Source: Faecousia sp. (GTDB taxonomy: Bacteria > Bacillota > Clostridia > Oscillospirales > Oscillospiraceae). From it: 60,898 bases of DNA. The number at the start of each line of letters is the position of its first letter. Position 1 is the first letter of the stretch. Location of the stretch: NCBI GenBank assembly GCA_045591335.1, contig JAZNSR010000062.1, positions 1 through 60,898 on the forward strand, written 5' to 3'. The position numbers and the translations under genes were made by a program. Shown here piece after piece: positions 49,033 to 59,367 of this stretch. The notes beneath the pieces are model-generated. The model made no database searches and had not been told where the DNA came from. It saw only the letters and a list, made by a program, of their open reading frames with translations.

Positions 49033-51173
49033 GCATGGAAGCGGTATTTTTAAAGCTGATCAATATGAGCATCAGTGCCAGCTGGCTGGTGCTGGCGGTG
49101 CTGCTTCTGCGGCTGTTTTTAAAGAAAGCCCCCAAAGCCGTCCATGTGTTCCTTTGGGCCTTGGTGGGTGTCCGGCTTTTACTGCCGGTGTCTGTGGAAA
49201 GCATGTTCAGTCTGATCCCCAGCGTGCAGACCATCCCCCCGGAGATCACCTACGCCCAAACCCCGGAAATCCACACAGGCATTTCTATTTTGAATCAAAC
49301 GGTGAATCCCATCCTTGCCCAATCCTTCACCCCCGACCCCGCCACCAGCGCCAATCCTTTGCAGATTTGGGTGGCAATCGGCTGGAATGTGTGGCTTTTA
49401 GGGGCGGTATGCATGCTGCTGTACAGCGCGGTTTCCTATATCCGGCTGCGGTGGCAGGTGCGGGTCAATCTGCAAGCCGAAAAGAATGTGTATCTTTGTG
49501 ACCGGGTGGACAATCCCTTTATTCTGGGTATTTTCCGTCCCCGGATCTACCTACCCTCCGGCATGAACGAAGATCAGCAGCAATATGTGCTGGCACATGA
49601 GCGTGCCCATTTAAAACGGAGGGACCATTGGTGGAAGCCCCTGGGCTTTTTGCTGCTGAGCCTTCACTGGTTCAATCCCATTTTGTGGGTGGCTTACATT
49701 TTGCTGTGCCGGGATATTGAATTTGCCTGCGACGAAAAGGTCATCAAAGACATGGACGCCCACAGCAAAAAGGGTTACTCCGAGGCCCTGGTTGCCTGCA
49801 GCATGCAGCGGCGATTTGTAATAGCCTGCCCTTTGGCCTTTGGGGAAGTGGGGGTAAAGGCAAGAATCAAATCCGTGCTGCACTATAAAAAGCCTGCTTT
49901 TTGGATTATTTTAGTCTGTATAGTACTGTGTGTGGCTTTATCTATTGGCTTTTTGACCGATCCCATCTCCCGCACCACCGTAGACCCCACCCTGCACAGA
50001 TTCCTGGAATCGCAAATCTGCGACTTGAATCGTGGGAGCTACAGTCAAGGAAATTACTGCGCTGCGGATCTGGAGATCCTGCACACCAAAACCAAGGAGG
50101 ATGAGATCACCGTATATGCGTGGGTGCTATACAACGAATTTATTTACGACGGAACGCTCCAGGATATCAGCGGCAGCCATATCCCCACGGTGCTCACCGT
50201 GAAAAAAGACCAATCTGACTATATTCTGCTGGAATACTGGACGCCCCGGGACGGCAGCTATTATCCCAAGGATATCCGAGCGAAATTTCCCTGGTATTTG
50301 CATCGGAAAGCTTTGGATTCTCAGCAATATATCAAGCAGCAGCAAGCACGGCTGGATGCCAAAGCCATGGCGTATTTCCAGGCGCAGGCCGTCACTTCTG
50401 TTTTCACCTATGCAGACTCCCCGGATTATATATCTCCTACCCTATCTTTGAATTTCAAAGACAATACTTTTATTTTTTCTTATTCCGCTTTCAGCAGCTA
50501 TATCCCTATGGGCAGCTTCACCATCCAAAATGACCGGCTCATTGCCAAAACCGATGATGAGAAATACACCTATATATTCTCCCGGCATCCGGATGGCTGG
50601 GCCTTTGCGGAAGACCCCTCCTCCCCTCTGCCCCAATACCGCTACCCGGATGGGCTGCAAACCCCGGTGCCCGACGGAGCAGTGTTCCGGCTCAGTGTAG
50701 ATAGCCCAGAGGCAAAGGAATACCCTACGCTGGTGATCCGCTATGATAACCAACAAATTCAGGCATGGAACCGGCTTTATTTCTGGCGGCAGGAGCAGCC
50801 GGACGGGACTTTGCTGGAAACCAAAGCCGACGGTCCCCATCCCACCGCTTGCCTGGACGATGTGCCCAAATTTTATCTCATTCCCAGTGCTATGTCTGCG
50901 GTCAATCCGTATCAAGCGCTTTTTACCTTCAGCCAAACCCCGAAAACAGTCAATGTCTGGCGGTATGCCATAGATGAACTACCAAACGGCGAACCTCATT
51001 CTGTGCCATACACCGGCAATTATTTGGAAATGTCTGCGGGAGATTATCTATATGTGATCGATGTATCCTTTGAGACCGATGATTCTCAGGGCTTTATCCA
51101 GTATGCTTTTGCCACCCGCTGGGCATCCCTCCAAGAGGATGTCATTCCCATACCATCATCCGATAACGACTAA
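49029..51173 (+). CDS. BlaR1-like peptidase M56 with non-PBP extracellular domains
   Basis: HERAH zinc motif, HWFNP, E.ACDE; ATGA overlap with repressor. Confidence 0.85.
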   Translation: MSMEAVFLKLINMSISASWLVLAVLLLRLFLKKAPKAVHVFLWALVGVRLLLPVSVESMFSLIPSVQTIPPEITYAQTPEIHTGISILNQTVNPILAQSFTPDPATSANPLQIWVAIGWNVWLLGAVCMLLYSAVSYIRLRWQVRVNLQAEKNVYLCDRVDNPFILGIFRPRIYLPSGMNEDQQQYVLAHERAHLKRRDHWWKPLGFLLLSLHWFNPILWVAYILLCRDIEFACDEKVIKDMDAHSKKGYSEALVACSMQRRFVIACPLAFGEVGVKARIKSVLHYKKPAFWIILVCIVLCVALSIGFLTDPISRTTVDPTLHRFLESQICDLNRGSYSQGNYCAADLEILHTKTKEDEITVYAWVLYNEFIYDGTLQDISGSHIPTVLTVKKDQSDYILLEYWTPRDGSYYPKDIRAKFPWYLHRKALDSQQYIKQQQARLDAKAMAYFQAQAVTSVFTYADSPDYISPTLSLNFKDNTFIFSYSAFSSYIPMGSFTIQNDRLIAKTDDEKYTYIFSRHPDGWAFAEDPSSPLPQYRYPDGLQTPVPDGAVFRLSVDSPEAKEYPTLVIRYDNQQIQAWNRLYFWRQEQPDGTLLETKADGPHPTACLDDVPKFYLIPSAMSAVNPYQALFTFSQTPKTVNVWRYAIDELPNGEPHSVPYTGNYLEMSAGDYLYVIDVSFETDDSQGFIQYAFATRWASLQEDVIPIPSSDND

Positions 51174-51174
51174 A

Positions 51175-51210
51175 AAATCCGCCAGTCATCAAATGATGAT
51201 TGGCGGATTT
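51175..51210. terminator. bidirectional terminator
   Basis: aaatccgccagtcatca/tgatgattggcggattt. Confidence 0.8.
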
Positions 51211-51225
51211 CATAATCTCTGCAAT

Positions 51226-52896
51226 TTATTTTTCTGTTTTTCTGACCAGGCATTTGCCGTTGCGCATTTCCATAGTCCAATCGCTGAGGGCAATGGCTGC
51301 GGGCCGGTGGGTCACCGCAATGCAGGTCTTATTCTCCAGGCTGCTCAGCCGCTGCAGCACCAACTCCTCGGTCTGGGCATCCAACGCAGAGGTGGCTTCA
51401 TCCAAAAGCAGAATGGGCGCATCGCTCAAAATCGCCCGGGCAATGGAAAGCCGCTGGGCCTGCCCCTCGGACAGTCCCGCCGCGCTCTCACCGATCACCG
51501 TATCCAGGCCCTTGGGCAAGCTGGGCAAGTAATCGTCCATAGCGCTGATATGTACTGCCCGCTGGATCTGTTCTTCTGTGGCGTCGGGACGGGTTAAAAT
51601 CAGATTCTCCCGCAAAGTGCCGCTAATGAGCAAATTCCCCTGGGGCACATAGGCAAACAGCTTCCGGGTGGTGCGGTCCAGAGAAATATCCTCCCCATCC
51701 GTGGCAAGATACACGCCCCCGTCTGTGGGCCGGAAAATACCCAGCATGATCTTCAAAAGCGTACTTTTTCCAATGCCGGAGTGACCTAAAATTACACCGA
51801 ACTGGCCTTTTTTCAATTCAAACTCCGCATTTTCAAACACCCGGTCCCGGTCATAGGCAAAGCACAGATTCTTTGCCCGGATGCCGGTCATACGGGGGTA
51901 AACCTCCGCAGCATCCAACCGCTGGGGCGGCTCCTGGCCCAACCCCACCAGCTCCATGAGCCGCTCTGCGGCGGCAGTCATAGCAATATACTGAGGCATG
52001 ATGCTGGACATATTCACCATGGGAGCTTTCAGCTGATTGATCAGCTGGGTCACCGCCATCAATGTGCCGTAGTCCATGCCGCTGCCGGGCTGCATCATTC
52101 TGGCAGCGCAAAACACCAGGGCGGCAAAGGAAGCACCCATGGCAAAAACGCTGACACAAGTGCTGGAAAGCAGAGAAATGTTCTTCCGCTTCTGCTGAAT
52201 GGCAAACCGGGTACCCATCAGCTTATCCGCCCGTTTTTCCATCTCACCGGACACATCCATGGCCTGGACCATCAGCAGCTTTTCCAGGGTCTCCTGCAGG
52301 AACCCGGACACTCTGCCGTTTTCCTCACTGACCCGCTTATTCAAATTCTTTAACTTTCTGCGGACCACGGAGGTAATAGCCACCACCAAGCCGCCTATGG
52401 CCAAAGCAGCCAGGCAAAGCAGCGGCTCCATAGATACCAAAATCACAAAAGCCGACACCAGCCGGGTGGCCATAGCCGCCACATTGGGCAAAAGCGTAAC
52501 AATGCTGTTATCCACAGTCGCCACATCATTATTCAGCCGGTTCAGCAACTCGCCGCTGTGATAAGCGGAAACGCCGGCATAATCGCCATGCAGCAGATCA
52601 TGCAGCAAATCCCGCTTCCAGTCCCGGTCCAGCTCCGTGGTCAGGCGTTCTCTTAAATACTTGTCCAAAAACTGGGTCAGCAAAATACCCGCAATAATAG
52701 CCAGCTGCACCAGGCAAGCGTACACAAATTCCTGCCAGTCGCCACCCATGGCACTGTTGATCACGCCTTTTGTACCCAGCGCAAACACCACGCCCAGCAA
52801 GGCATTGACCATACTGGATACAGTGAGCAATATTAACTTGGGGAATCTGCGCCGGACTCGCTTCGCAGTCCAAAGCACAGCAGATTGTTTTTTCAT
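51226..52896 (-). CDS. ABC exporter, fused permease/ATPase
   Basis: TM domain; GHSGIGKST, LSEGQAQR, LLLDEATSALD. Confidence 0.88.
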   Translation of the reverse strand: MKKQSAVLWTAKRVRRRFPKLILLTVSSMVNALLGVVFALGTKGVINSAMGGDWQEFVYACLVQLAIIAGILLTQFLDKYLRERLTTELDRDWKRDLLHDLLHGDYAGVSAYHSGELLNRLNNDVATVDNSIVTLLPNVAAMATRLVSAFVILVSMEPLLCLAALAIGGLVVAITSVVRRKLKNLNKRVSEENGRVSGFLQETLEKLLMVQAMDVSGEMEKRADKLMGTRFAIQQKRKNISLLSSTCVSVFAMGASFAALVFCAARMMQPGSGMDYGTLMAVTQLINQLKAPMVNMSSIMPQYIAMTAAAERLMELVGLGQEPPQRLDAAEVYPRMTGIRAKNLCFAYDRDRVFENAEFELKKGQFGVILGHSGIGKSTLLKIMLGIFRPTDGGVYLATDGEDISLDRTTRKLFAYVPQGNLLISGTLRENLILTRPDATEEQIQRAVHISAMDDYLPSLPKGLDTVIGESAAGLSEGQAQRLSIARAILSDAPILLLDEATSALDAQTEELVLQRLSSLENKTCIAVTHRPAAIALSDWTMEMRNGKCLVRKTEK

Positions 52897-53176
52897 GGAT
52901 CGATCCTCCAAATCGGGCAAAAGGCCGCCTTTTTCCAACTTTACCCGCATTATATCATACCGTCAACCCCTTTTCAACCTAAAATCCAATGTTTTAAACT
53001 TACCACCTCGTAACAGAAATGCTCTCTCATCTTCTCCTTATAGCATATTACTACACAAAGTGCCCACCAAACTCACGCATCACTAAGCTTAACCAATCAC
53101 AACAAGACACCGTTTGCATTTTGACCATATTCCACTTCTGTTTTATCTTTCCCCCTCTTAAGTAACCGCTGATTAA

Positions 53177-53220
53177 ATAGAAATATAGGGCACAGCCTAA
53201 GCCATGCCCTATATTTCTAT
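53177..53220 (-). terminator. terminator of cohesin/dockerin operon
   Basis: atagaaatatagggca/tgccctatatttctat. Confidence 0.75.
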
Positions 53221-56200
53221 TATTCTTTAACTGCCGTTACGGTGATAGTGTAAGCATCCAAACACCATCCATCACTTCCAGAGCCTCCACTGGTGCTCCA
53301 CTTAATCCAAAAACTTCCATCTGTCTGCACATCATTCATTGACATAGTATAATACACATCTCTCCAAGTCCATGCGCCCCAAGCGCCCTCAAACGAATTG
53401 TGTGTCCCGTTATAGAGCTCTGTATCTGTATACGAATAGATTCTCAATCTTGGGGTATTGAAGGTAATGGGGTTTGTGCCTCTTCCCTTAAAGTGAAAAT
53501 GCAGTTCCAGTTTTGTATATCCGCCAGCTTTAAGCGTCTCTCGATCCATCCCCGGACTAATTGTTAATACATAATCGTTATTGTCGTTTGTAATGTTTTT
53601 ATTTAAGCCAGAAGTACTGACGCTAAATTCTGTTTTGACCCAAACTGCATATAAAGTGACTGTTCCACTTGTCGCCAATGTTTTAATCTGCTGTCCTGCT
53701 TCGTATGTATGTATCTTTGCAGAACTACTGGTGCTCCATCCCAAAAATGCATATCCCGTTCTGGAAAAGCCATTGGCCGCAAGACTACTTGCAGTATCAT
53801 ATACATGGGTCGTTTTACTTGTTGTCCCAGTTCCTCCGTTCGCATTGTAGGTTACAGTATAGGTATTGGCGTTCCATTTTGCATACAGGGGTACCGTAGC
53901 ATTTAACTCCGCCGATAGGTTTGCATTCGCTTTAACCTCACGTGCATCGCCAACCTTGACGGTACAAGCTGCATCCCTATACCAGCCGCCAAATGTCCAC
54001 CCGGTGAGTGAAGGTGCGCTTCCCAATGTAACCGCCGTATCATAAGTACACGCAGTATTACCCGGCACATTCAAAACAGAAGAACTTGCGTTAGAGGGCT
54101 TGTTAGCATTGTATTTAATATTATATGTGTTTTTCTCCCAGCAAGCCTTCAAAACCAGCGTAGCACCATTTACGGAAGGATTAGTAATGGTTGCTCCGTC
54201 TGTATAATATTGTACGCTTGTTCCGTCTGTACACTCCCATCCTTTAAAATGATACCCGGTTTTCGTATAAGTATTTTTCAGCAATGTAAGCTCGCCATCT
54301 GCATTTCCTACAGACAACGGCATTTGCTTTCCAGCGCCACCATTGGCATCATATTGTATATAGAAAGAAGCATTTACAATATTCTGTGCAAAGCAGGAAG
54401 CGTCACCGGTATAATCTTCAGCAGGCATAATCGGAAGTTCATAGTCCAGCGTATTATACTTTTCAATCTTTACATCCAGACCGTACTCCGGCAAAAGATT
54501 ATACAAGGTTCTCTTTGCCGTACCAAGAGCACTATTATAAATATTCAGACCGTAATCTCCTGTTTTTGCGTTATACACAACAATTGCATATACCTTATAG
54601 TCACTTACCCACGCAAGGCGATAACCACCTGCCGGGGATATATCAGGAGACAATGTCAATGTCTCACTTACTGTTGTGGAGACATCATAATAATAAGAAA
54701 TAGTTGAAGAAATCTCATCTGTTACTTCTCCCCCATAAGAATATCCATCTTCAGTAGCGGTATGGTCAACTCGAGTGTTTATCTCTGTATCAGATGTGCC
54801 ATTTTCATACTCAAAGATCTTGATCTTAATTCCTTCCGCTTCAATTTCAGGACAAAGCGTAAATTTCTCATCTTCGGTTGTAGAAATTTCCTTAATATTT
54901 TCAACCGCGTTGGTAAATGTATGACTCTGAACATAAGAAGAACTTACCGTATGGGTTGCAGTAGCTGCGCTTTGTGTCCCAACATTTAATGTTTTACTAT
55001 ATTCCTGTGAATACTCACTTGCTCCATCATACCGATACTCTGTACTGATATAATCCATGGGTACATTATATATCGTACCAACTTCATATACAATATAATA
55101 CATATCAACAGGATTTCCATTCTTGTCAACATTATCTTCCTCATTCGGTTTCAATACAATGACCGGATCCTTACCCGTTGAAGGAACAGCATAATTCTTA
55201 ATATCTATCCAGCAAGCCTCTAATTCAATATCACCAGTTGTTCCCCTTGCAATTGTATTGACAATTTCACCGTTTTGATTTATCCAATGAGAGAATTTTA
55301 ATCCCTGCCATTTGGGATCTGCTAGCTTAATGTTACTTTCAACAGAATATTCTATTGGATTTTCGTCATTATCTGCAGCATTTTTATATGTAATAGTATA
55401 AATCTCTTTTTTCCAGTGCGCATAAACAGTTACATTTGTTGTTGTTCCAACCTCAATCTTATCAACCTTTGCGCCGCCTTCAGATGCTGTATACCAACCG
55501 AGGAATGTATAACCAATGCGAACAGGATCGGGCACATCTTCAAATGCCAGGCCTTCGTGCTCGGCAAACTGGGTGATTAAGGGACTTTCCGCACCCTGCA
55601 AGTTACGGTAAATAACGGAATGATAGTTCGCCTGCAGCATAGGAACGATCTGCTGTGCCACAATGACTTCACCGCACGCAGAGCAGTGAGAACCTTCTGT
55701 CAGGCCGGTCTGGGTATAACTGGGCGCAACTGCTTCATCAACGACTATTGTATGACCGGTCGCGGCAATGACAGTATCTGCATAGGAGATTTCAGTCGTG
55801 GCCTCTGCATCGCTGAAGTACTTTGCACATTCATCACAGTACCAATAGGCGTTGTTGCCTTCCACCATGCACCCAGCCTCTTTCGCCGCATTTGCCTGCA
55901 TATTTGTATGTTTACACTCAGGCAACTTTGCAGGCTTCAAGGCCGCATTATAACCTTCCGGATCTGTCTGGCTGCCATCAGAGATATACTGGCTCAACCG
56001 GATCAAATCACGGGCGTTCACTCTGCCATCACCGTTCACATCGCAAGCTTCTGCAATCACTTCAGCATTATAACCTTCCGGGTCGGTCTTATTGCCATCA
56101 GAAATGTACTGGCTCAACCGAACCAGGTCACGGGAATTGACACGGGCATCTCCGTTCACATCGCCAGGCTGATAAGTGATTACACGCACATGTCCATCGG

Positions 56201-56672
56201 TGATACTGAAGATCACATCGTTATCGTTACCATCCACCACATCACCGGGCATATAAGTAACCCAAACAGGCAAAATCTCATTATTCTCTGCCGATTCAGA
56301 AACCTCAAAAGTCAGGGTCAGCACAGTACCGTCCACCGGTTTGCCAACCTCATTACCAAACCAAACAAAGTTAGTACCAGTTGCCGTATAGCGACTGGGC
56401 GCAGTATACGTCATATGGGAAAAGGCCTCGCCGGATGCATCTGCAACCAAAGTCAGATTTTCATCCCAAGACACAACCAGTGTAGCGCCAAGGACACCGG
56501 GGTTTTCGGCGATTACCAAATTAACATCCACCGTACCACCGGGGTTGGCCCAGGGTTCTTCTACTGTCAGCACTGCCGTACTTTCCGTAGCAGCTACAGA
56601 TGCTATGGTTCCTGGGAGCATAGAAACTATCAGCACCACCGCCAACAGCAATGAGATAATTCTTTTTTTCAT
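53220..56672 (-). CDS. secreted modular protein: cohesin + dockerin + InlB-B repeats + Ser/Thr-rich beta domain + C-terminal beta-sandwich
   Basis: signal peptide; cohesin-like NPGVLG...GTVLTLTFEV; duplicated DVNGD.RVN.RDL.RLSQY dockerin; Y.ANGG...GY.F.GW...LYA.W repeats; AAAGGAG RBS. Confidence 0.82.
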   Translation of the reverse strand: MKKRIISLLLAVVLIVSMLPGTIASVAATESTAVLTVEEPWANPGGTVDVNLVIAENPGVLGATLVVSWDENLTLVADASGEAFSHMTYTAPSRYTATGTNFVWFGNEVGKPVDGTVLTLTFEVSESAENNEILPVWVTYMPGDVVDGNDNDVIFSITDGHVRVITYQPGDVNGDARVNSRDLVRLSQYISDGNKTDPEGYNAEVIAEACDVNGDGRVNARDLIRLSQYISDGSQTDPEGYNAALKPAKLPECKHTNMQANAAKEAGCMVEGNNAYWYCDECAKYFSDAEATTEISYADTVIAATGHTIVVDEAVAPSYTQTGLTEGSHCSACGEVIVAQQIVPMLQANYHSVIYRNLQGAESPLITQFAEHEGLAFEDVPDPVRIGYTFLGWYTASEGGAKVDKIEVGTTTNVTVYAHWKKEIYTITYKNAADNDENPIEYSVESNIKLADPKWQGLKFSHWINQNGEIVNTIARGTTGDIELEACWIDIKNYAVPSTGKDPVIVLKPNEEDNVDKNGNPVDMYYIVYEVGTIYNVPMDYISTEYRYDGASEYSQEYSKTLNVGTQSAATATHTVSSSYVQSHTFTNAVENIKEISTTEDEKFTLCPEIEAEGIKIKIFEYENGTSDTEINTRVDHTATEDGYSYGGEVTDEISSTISYYYDVSTTVSETLTLSPDISPAGGYRLAWVSDYKVYAIVVYNAKTGDYGLNIYNSALGTAKRTLYNLLPEYGLDVKIEKYNTLDYELPIMPAEDYTGDASCFAQNIVNASFYIQYDANGGAGKQMPLSVGNADGELTLLKNTYTKTGYHFKGWECTDGTSVQYYTDGATITNPSVNGATLVLKACWEKNTYNIKYNANKPSNASSSVLNVPGNTACTYDTAVTLGSAPSLTGWTFGGWYRDAACTVKVGDAREVKANANLSAELNATVPLYAKWNANTYTVTYNANGGTGTTSKTTHVYDTASSLAANGFSRTGYAFLGWSTSSSAKIHTYEAGQQIKTLATSGTVTLYAVWVKTEFSVSTSGLNKNITNDNNDYVLTISPGMDRETLKAGGYTKLELHFHFKGRGTNPITFNTPRLRIYSYTDTELYNGTHNSFEGAWGAWTWRDVYYTMSMNDVQTDGSFWIKWSTSGGSGSDGWCLDAYTITVTAVKE

Positions 56673-56709
56673 TCCGTTCTCTCCTTTACTATTTTTATTG
56701 AGTGGCACA

Positions 56710-59199
56710 TTAACCGTTAACAACAATGCCACCGTAAACAAACTTCAAATTTACATCATTATCATTTGCGTCATAGGTATTGCTGGGATCACAAGTCATA
56801 GTAATGGGATAAGTACCTGCCGCGGCACCTTGATTGATCTTAAAAGTCAACTTCAGGACCGTGCCGTTTGCAGTAGCAGGATCGTTTGCAAACCACATAA
56901 AATTACTGCCATTCTTCAATCGACTGGGGTTAGTGTAGGTGAAGTTGTCCATCGCTTCACCGCTTTCTGCGGAAATCAAAGACAATACAGTATCATCAAA
57001 TGCAATCTTCAAACTCATAGCATACAGCTCAGGGCTGTTAACCAAATCAAAGATAACTACGATCTCATCACCGACAGTACCGGATGCCTTACCAATCACA
57101 ATGGTAGGATCGGTGATTTGGGTATAGGTTGCGGTTATAACCAAATCAGAGGTGATGTTCGTAAACGCTTTATCCCAACCGGCAAAGACATAGCCGATTC
57201 TGGAAGGATCAGCAGGTGCAACAGCAGACTTACCAGTCTCTACGATTTCGGTTTTTAATGTTTCGCCATTCCAATCCTTAAAAATAACAGTGTAAGTTGT
57301 AGCTACAGGAGGTGTCTGACCACCGGTAGTCACACCAACATAGCCAGCATCAATTTCTGTGCCGTCAGTTAACACCAGGATCAAATGCAGTTCACTATTT
57401 ACATAAGCATTTGCAATGCCTACGCCCTGTGCGCCAGTGGCGCCGGTATCTCCCTTGTCACCTTTATCGCCTTTGTCACCCTTGTCTCCAGCTTCGCCCT
57501 GGGGACCCTGAGGACCGGTTGCACCAGTTTCACCCTTTTCACCCTGAGCACCGGGGTCACCCTTATCGCCCTTTTCACCTTGCGGACCTCTAATACTGCC
57601 CAAATTCAAGGAAGTACCATCGGTCAAGGTCATTTCCAGTACACCTTCAATAACCGTTACACTTGCAATGCCTATGCCATCCTTGCCCTTGGCACCGTCA
57701 ACGCCATCACGACCAACAACCTTGCCCAAATTCACAGGTGTATTGTCTGTATAGGTAATCACCAGCTCGCCGTCTGCGTTAATTTCAGACTTGCTAATAC
57801 CAATACCATCCGCGCCCTTAACATTACCAAGATTCAGCACTGTGCCACTAGTCAGTTTCACAGTCAAAATGCCCATATCATCAATGGTCACATTGGCAAT
57901 GCCAACGCCATCTTGTCCATTAACGCCATCCTTACCGTTAATGCCATCAATACCATCTTTGCCATCTGTACCGTTTTTGCCTACAACGCGACCCAAGTTG
58001 ACGCTTTCATTATTGGAAAAACTAAGAATCAATTCCCCGGCATCATTAATGGCAGCGCTGCTGATGCCTATGCCATCTGCACCATCCTTGCCATCTATGC
58101 CATCCTTACCGGGTGCACCATCAATGCCATTTTTACCGTCTGCACCATCCTTACCAGGCAGGCCATCCACGCCATCTTTGCCATCAGTGCCATCTTTGCC
58201 ATCAGTGCCGTCTTTGCCGTCTGCACCCTTAATATTTCCCAGATTCATAACCGTACCGCTAGTAAGCACGATCTGCAGCTCTCCGGCATCACTGATTGTA
58301 ATGGTTTGGATACCAATACCATCCTTGCCGTCGGTACCATTGATACCATCGATGCCGTCTTTGCCATCAATACCATTTTCACCATCAGCACCGTCTTTAC
58401 CGTCAAAACCTATCACAACGCCCAAATTATCAACGGCACCGGTAGAATAAGTAATAACAAGTTCACCTTTGCCATTAATCTCAGATTTCACTACGCTTAT
58501 GCCATCAGTACCGTCTTTACCATCAGATCCATCCTTACCAGGCAGACCATCCACGCCATCCTTGCCATCCTTGCCATTCTCACCAGTCACACAACCTAAA
58601 TTAGCCTGTTGTCCATTTGTATATGTAACGACCAGTTCACCAGCATCATTAATTTCAGAATTGGCAATACCCACGCCATCCTTGCCGTTCAGCCCAACCA
58701 ATTTATCCAAATTGACAATCTTGCCGTTAGAATAAGTAATTACCAACTGATCCTGCGCATTGACGGTGGTGCTAACAATACTAACACCATCTTTGCCATT
58801 TACTCCATCTTTACCATTTGAACCAACAGCCTTGCCTACATTCAATTCCGTTCCATCGGACAATGTAAGAATCAAATCGCCGATTTCAGAAAACTTTGCG
58901 GAAGAAATCCCCGTCATCTCCTGCGCTGAAGAAGCAGACATAGCCGCACTCCATTCTTCCTCAGTTCCGCTATAGCCATTTTCCTTTGCAATTTCATAAG
59001 CAGACTTGCCATTCAGAGATTCCAGCCACTGCTCAACGGTTCCCTCATAACCATACTGAACTGCCAATTCGTAAGCAGACAGTCCATCTTTCACTTCTGT
59101 AACCTCCCGATTGCAACCAGCCATAATTGTAACGGATCCCAAAAGCATACCAATCGTCAGCAAATAGCTCACTATTTTTCTAAATGTCGATTTCTTCAT
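56710..59199 (-). CDS. collagen-like lipoprotein with C-terminal cohesin
   Basis: IMAGC lipobox; SAYE repeats; G-X-Y blocks separated by 10 beta-rich spacers; InlB-B repeat; cohesin-like C-terminus (NGTVLKLTFKI). Confidence 0.8.
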   Translation of the reverse strand: MKKSTFRKIVSYLLTIGMLLGSVTIMAGCNREVTEVKDGLSAYELAVQYGYEGTVEQWLESLNGKSAYEIAKENGYSGTEEEWSAAMSASSAQEMTGISSAKFSEIGDLILTLSDGTELNVGKAVGSNGKDGVNGKDGVSIVSTTVNAQDQLVITYSNGKIVNLDKLVGLNGKDGVGIANSEINDAGELVVTYTNGQQANLGCVTGENGKDGKDGVDGLPGKDGSDGKDGTDGISVVKSEINGKGELVITYSTGAVDNLGVVIGFDGKDGADGENGIDGKDGIDGINGTDGKDGIGIQTITISDAGELQIVLTSGTVMNLGNIKGADGKDGTDGKDGTDGKDGVDGLPGKDGADGKNGIDGAPGKDGIDGKDGADGIGISSAAINDAGELILSFSNNESVNLGRVVGKNGTDGKDGIDGINGKDGVNGQDGVGIANVTIDDMGILTVKLTSGTVLNLGNVKGADGIGISKSEINADGELVITYTDNTPVNLGKVVGRDGVDGAKGKDGIGIASVTVIEGVLEMTLTDGTSLNLGSIRGPQGEKGDKGDPGAQGEKGETGATGPQGPQGEAGDKGDKGDKGDKGDTGATGAQGVGIANAYVNSELHLILVLTDGTEIDAGYVGVTTGGQTPPVATTYTVIFKDWNGETLKTEIVETGKSAVAPADPSRIGYVFAGWDKAFTNITSDLVITATYTQITDPTIVIGKASGTVGDEIVVIFDLVNSPELYAMSLKIAFDDTVLSLISAESGEAMDNFTYTNPSRLKNGSNFMWFANDPATANGTVLKLTFKINQGAAAGTYPITMTCDPSNTYDANDNDVNLKFVYGGIVVNG
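57400..58900 (-). repeat. coding 9-bp collagen triplet repeats interleaved with about 30-aa spacers
   Basis: recurrent gccatc(t/c)tt units encoding GKD/GID/GAD. Confidence 0.8.
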
Positions 59200-59367
59200 T
59201 TGCCTCACCTCATCATTGTTTTCAATCTCTTAAATAGGCATATTCACCCATATAACGATACAATTATAGTGTACAGCTATTTTTGTAACTTGTCAAGTTG
59301 CATAAATAACATTTTGTGTTGTCGCTTTTAACGGCTGAAAGGGATATACTTAATTAGAGGTGACAAT

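Noticed and set aside
51226-52896. RiPP/bacteriocin export cluster around the ABC exporter
   Set aside because: No C39 peptidase domain, precursor peptide or modifying enzyme nearby
57400-58900. Possible CRISPR array or non-coding tandem repeat
   Set aside because: Repeats are degenerate 9-bp in-frame collagen codons, not constant repeats with unique spacers; no cas genes
53220-59199. Cellulosome scaffoldin cluster
   Set aside because: Single cohesins only, no CBM3, and no glycoside hydrolase in the window carries a dockerin or signal peptide
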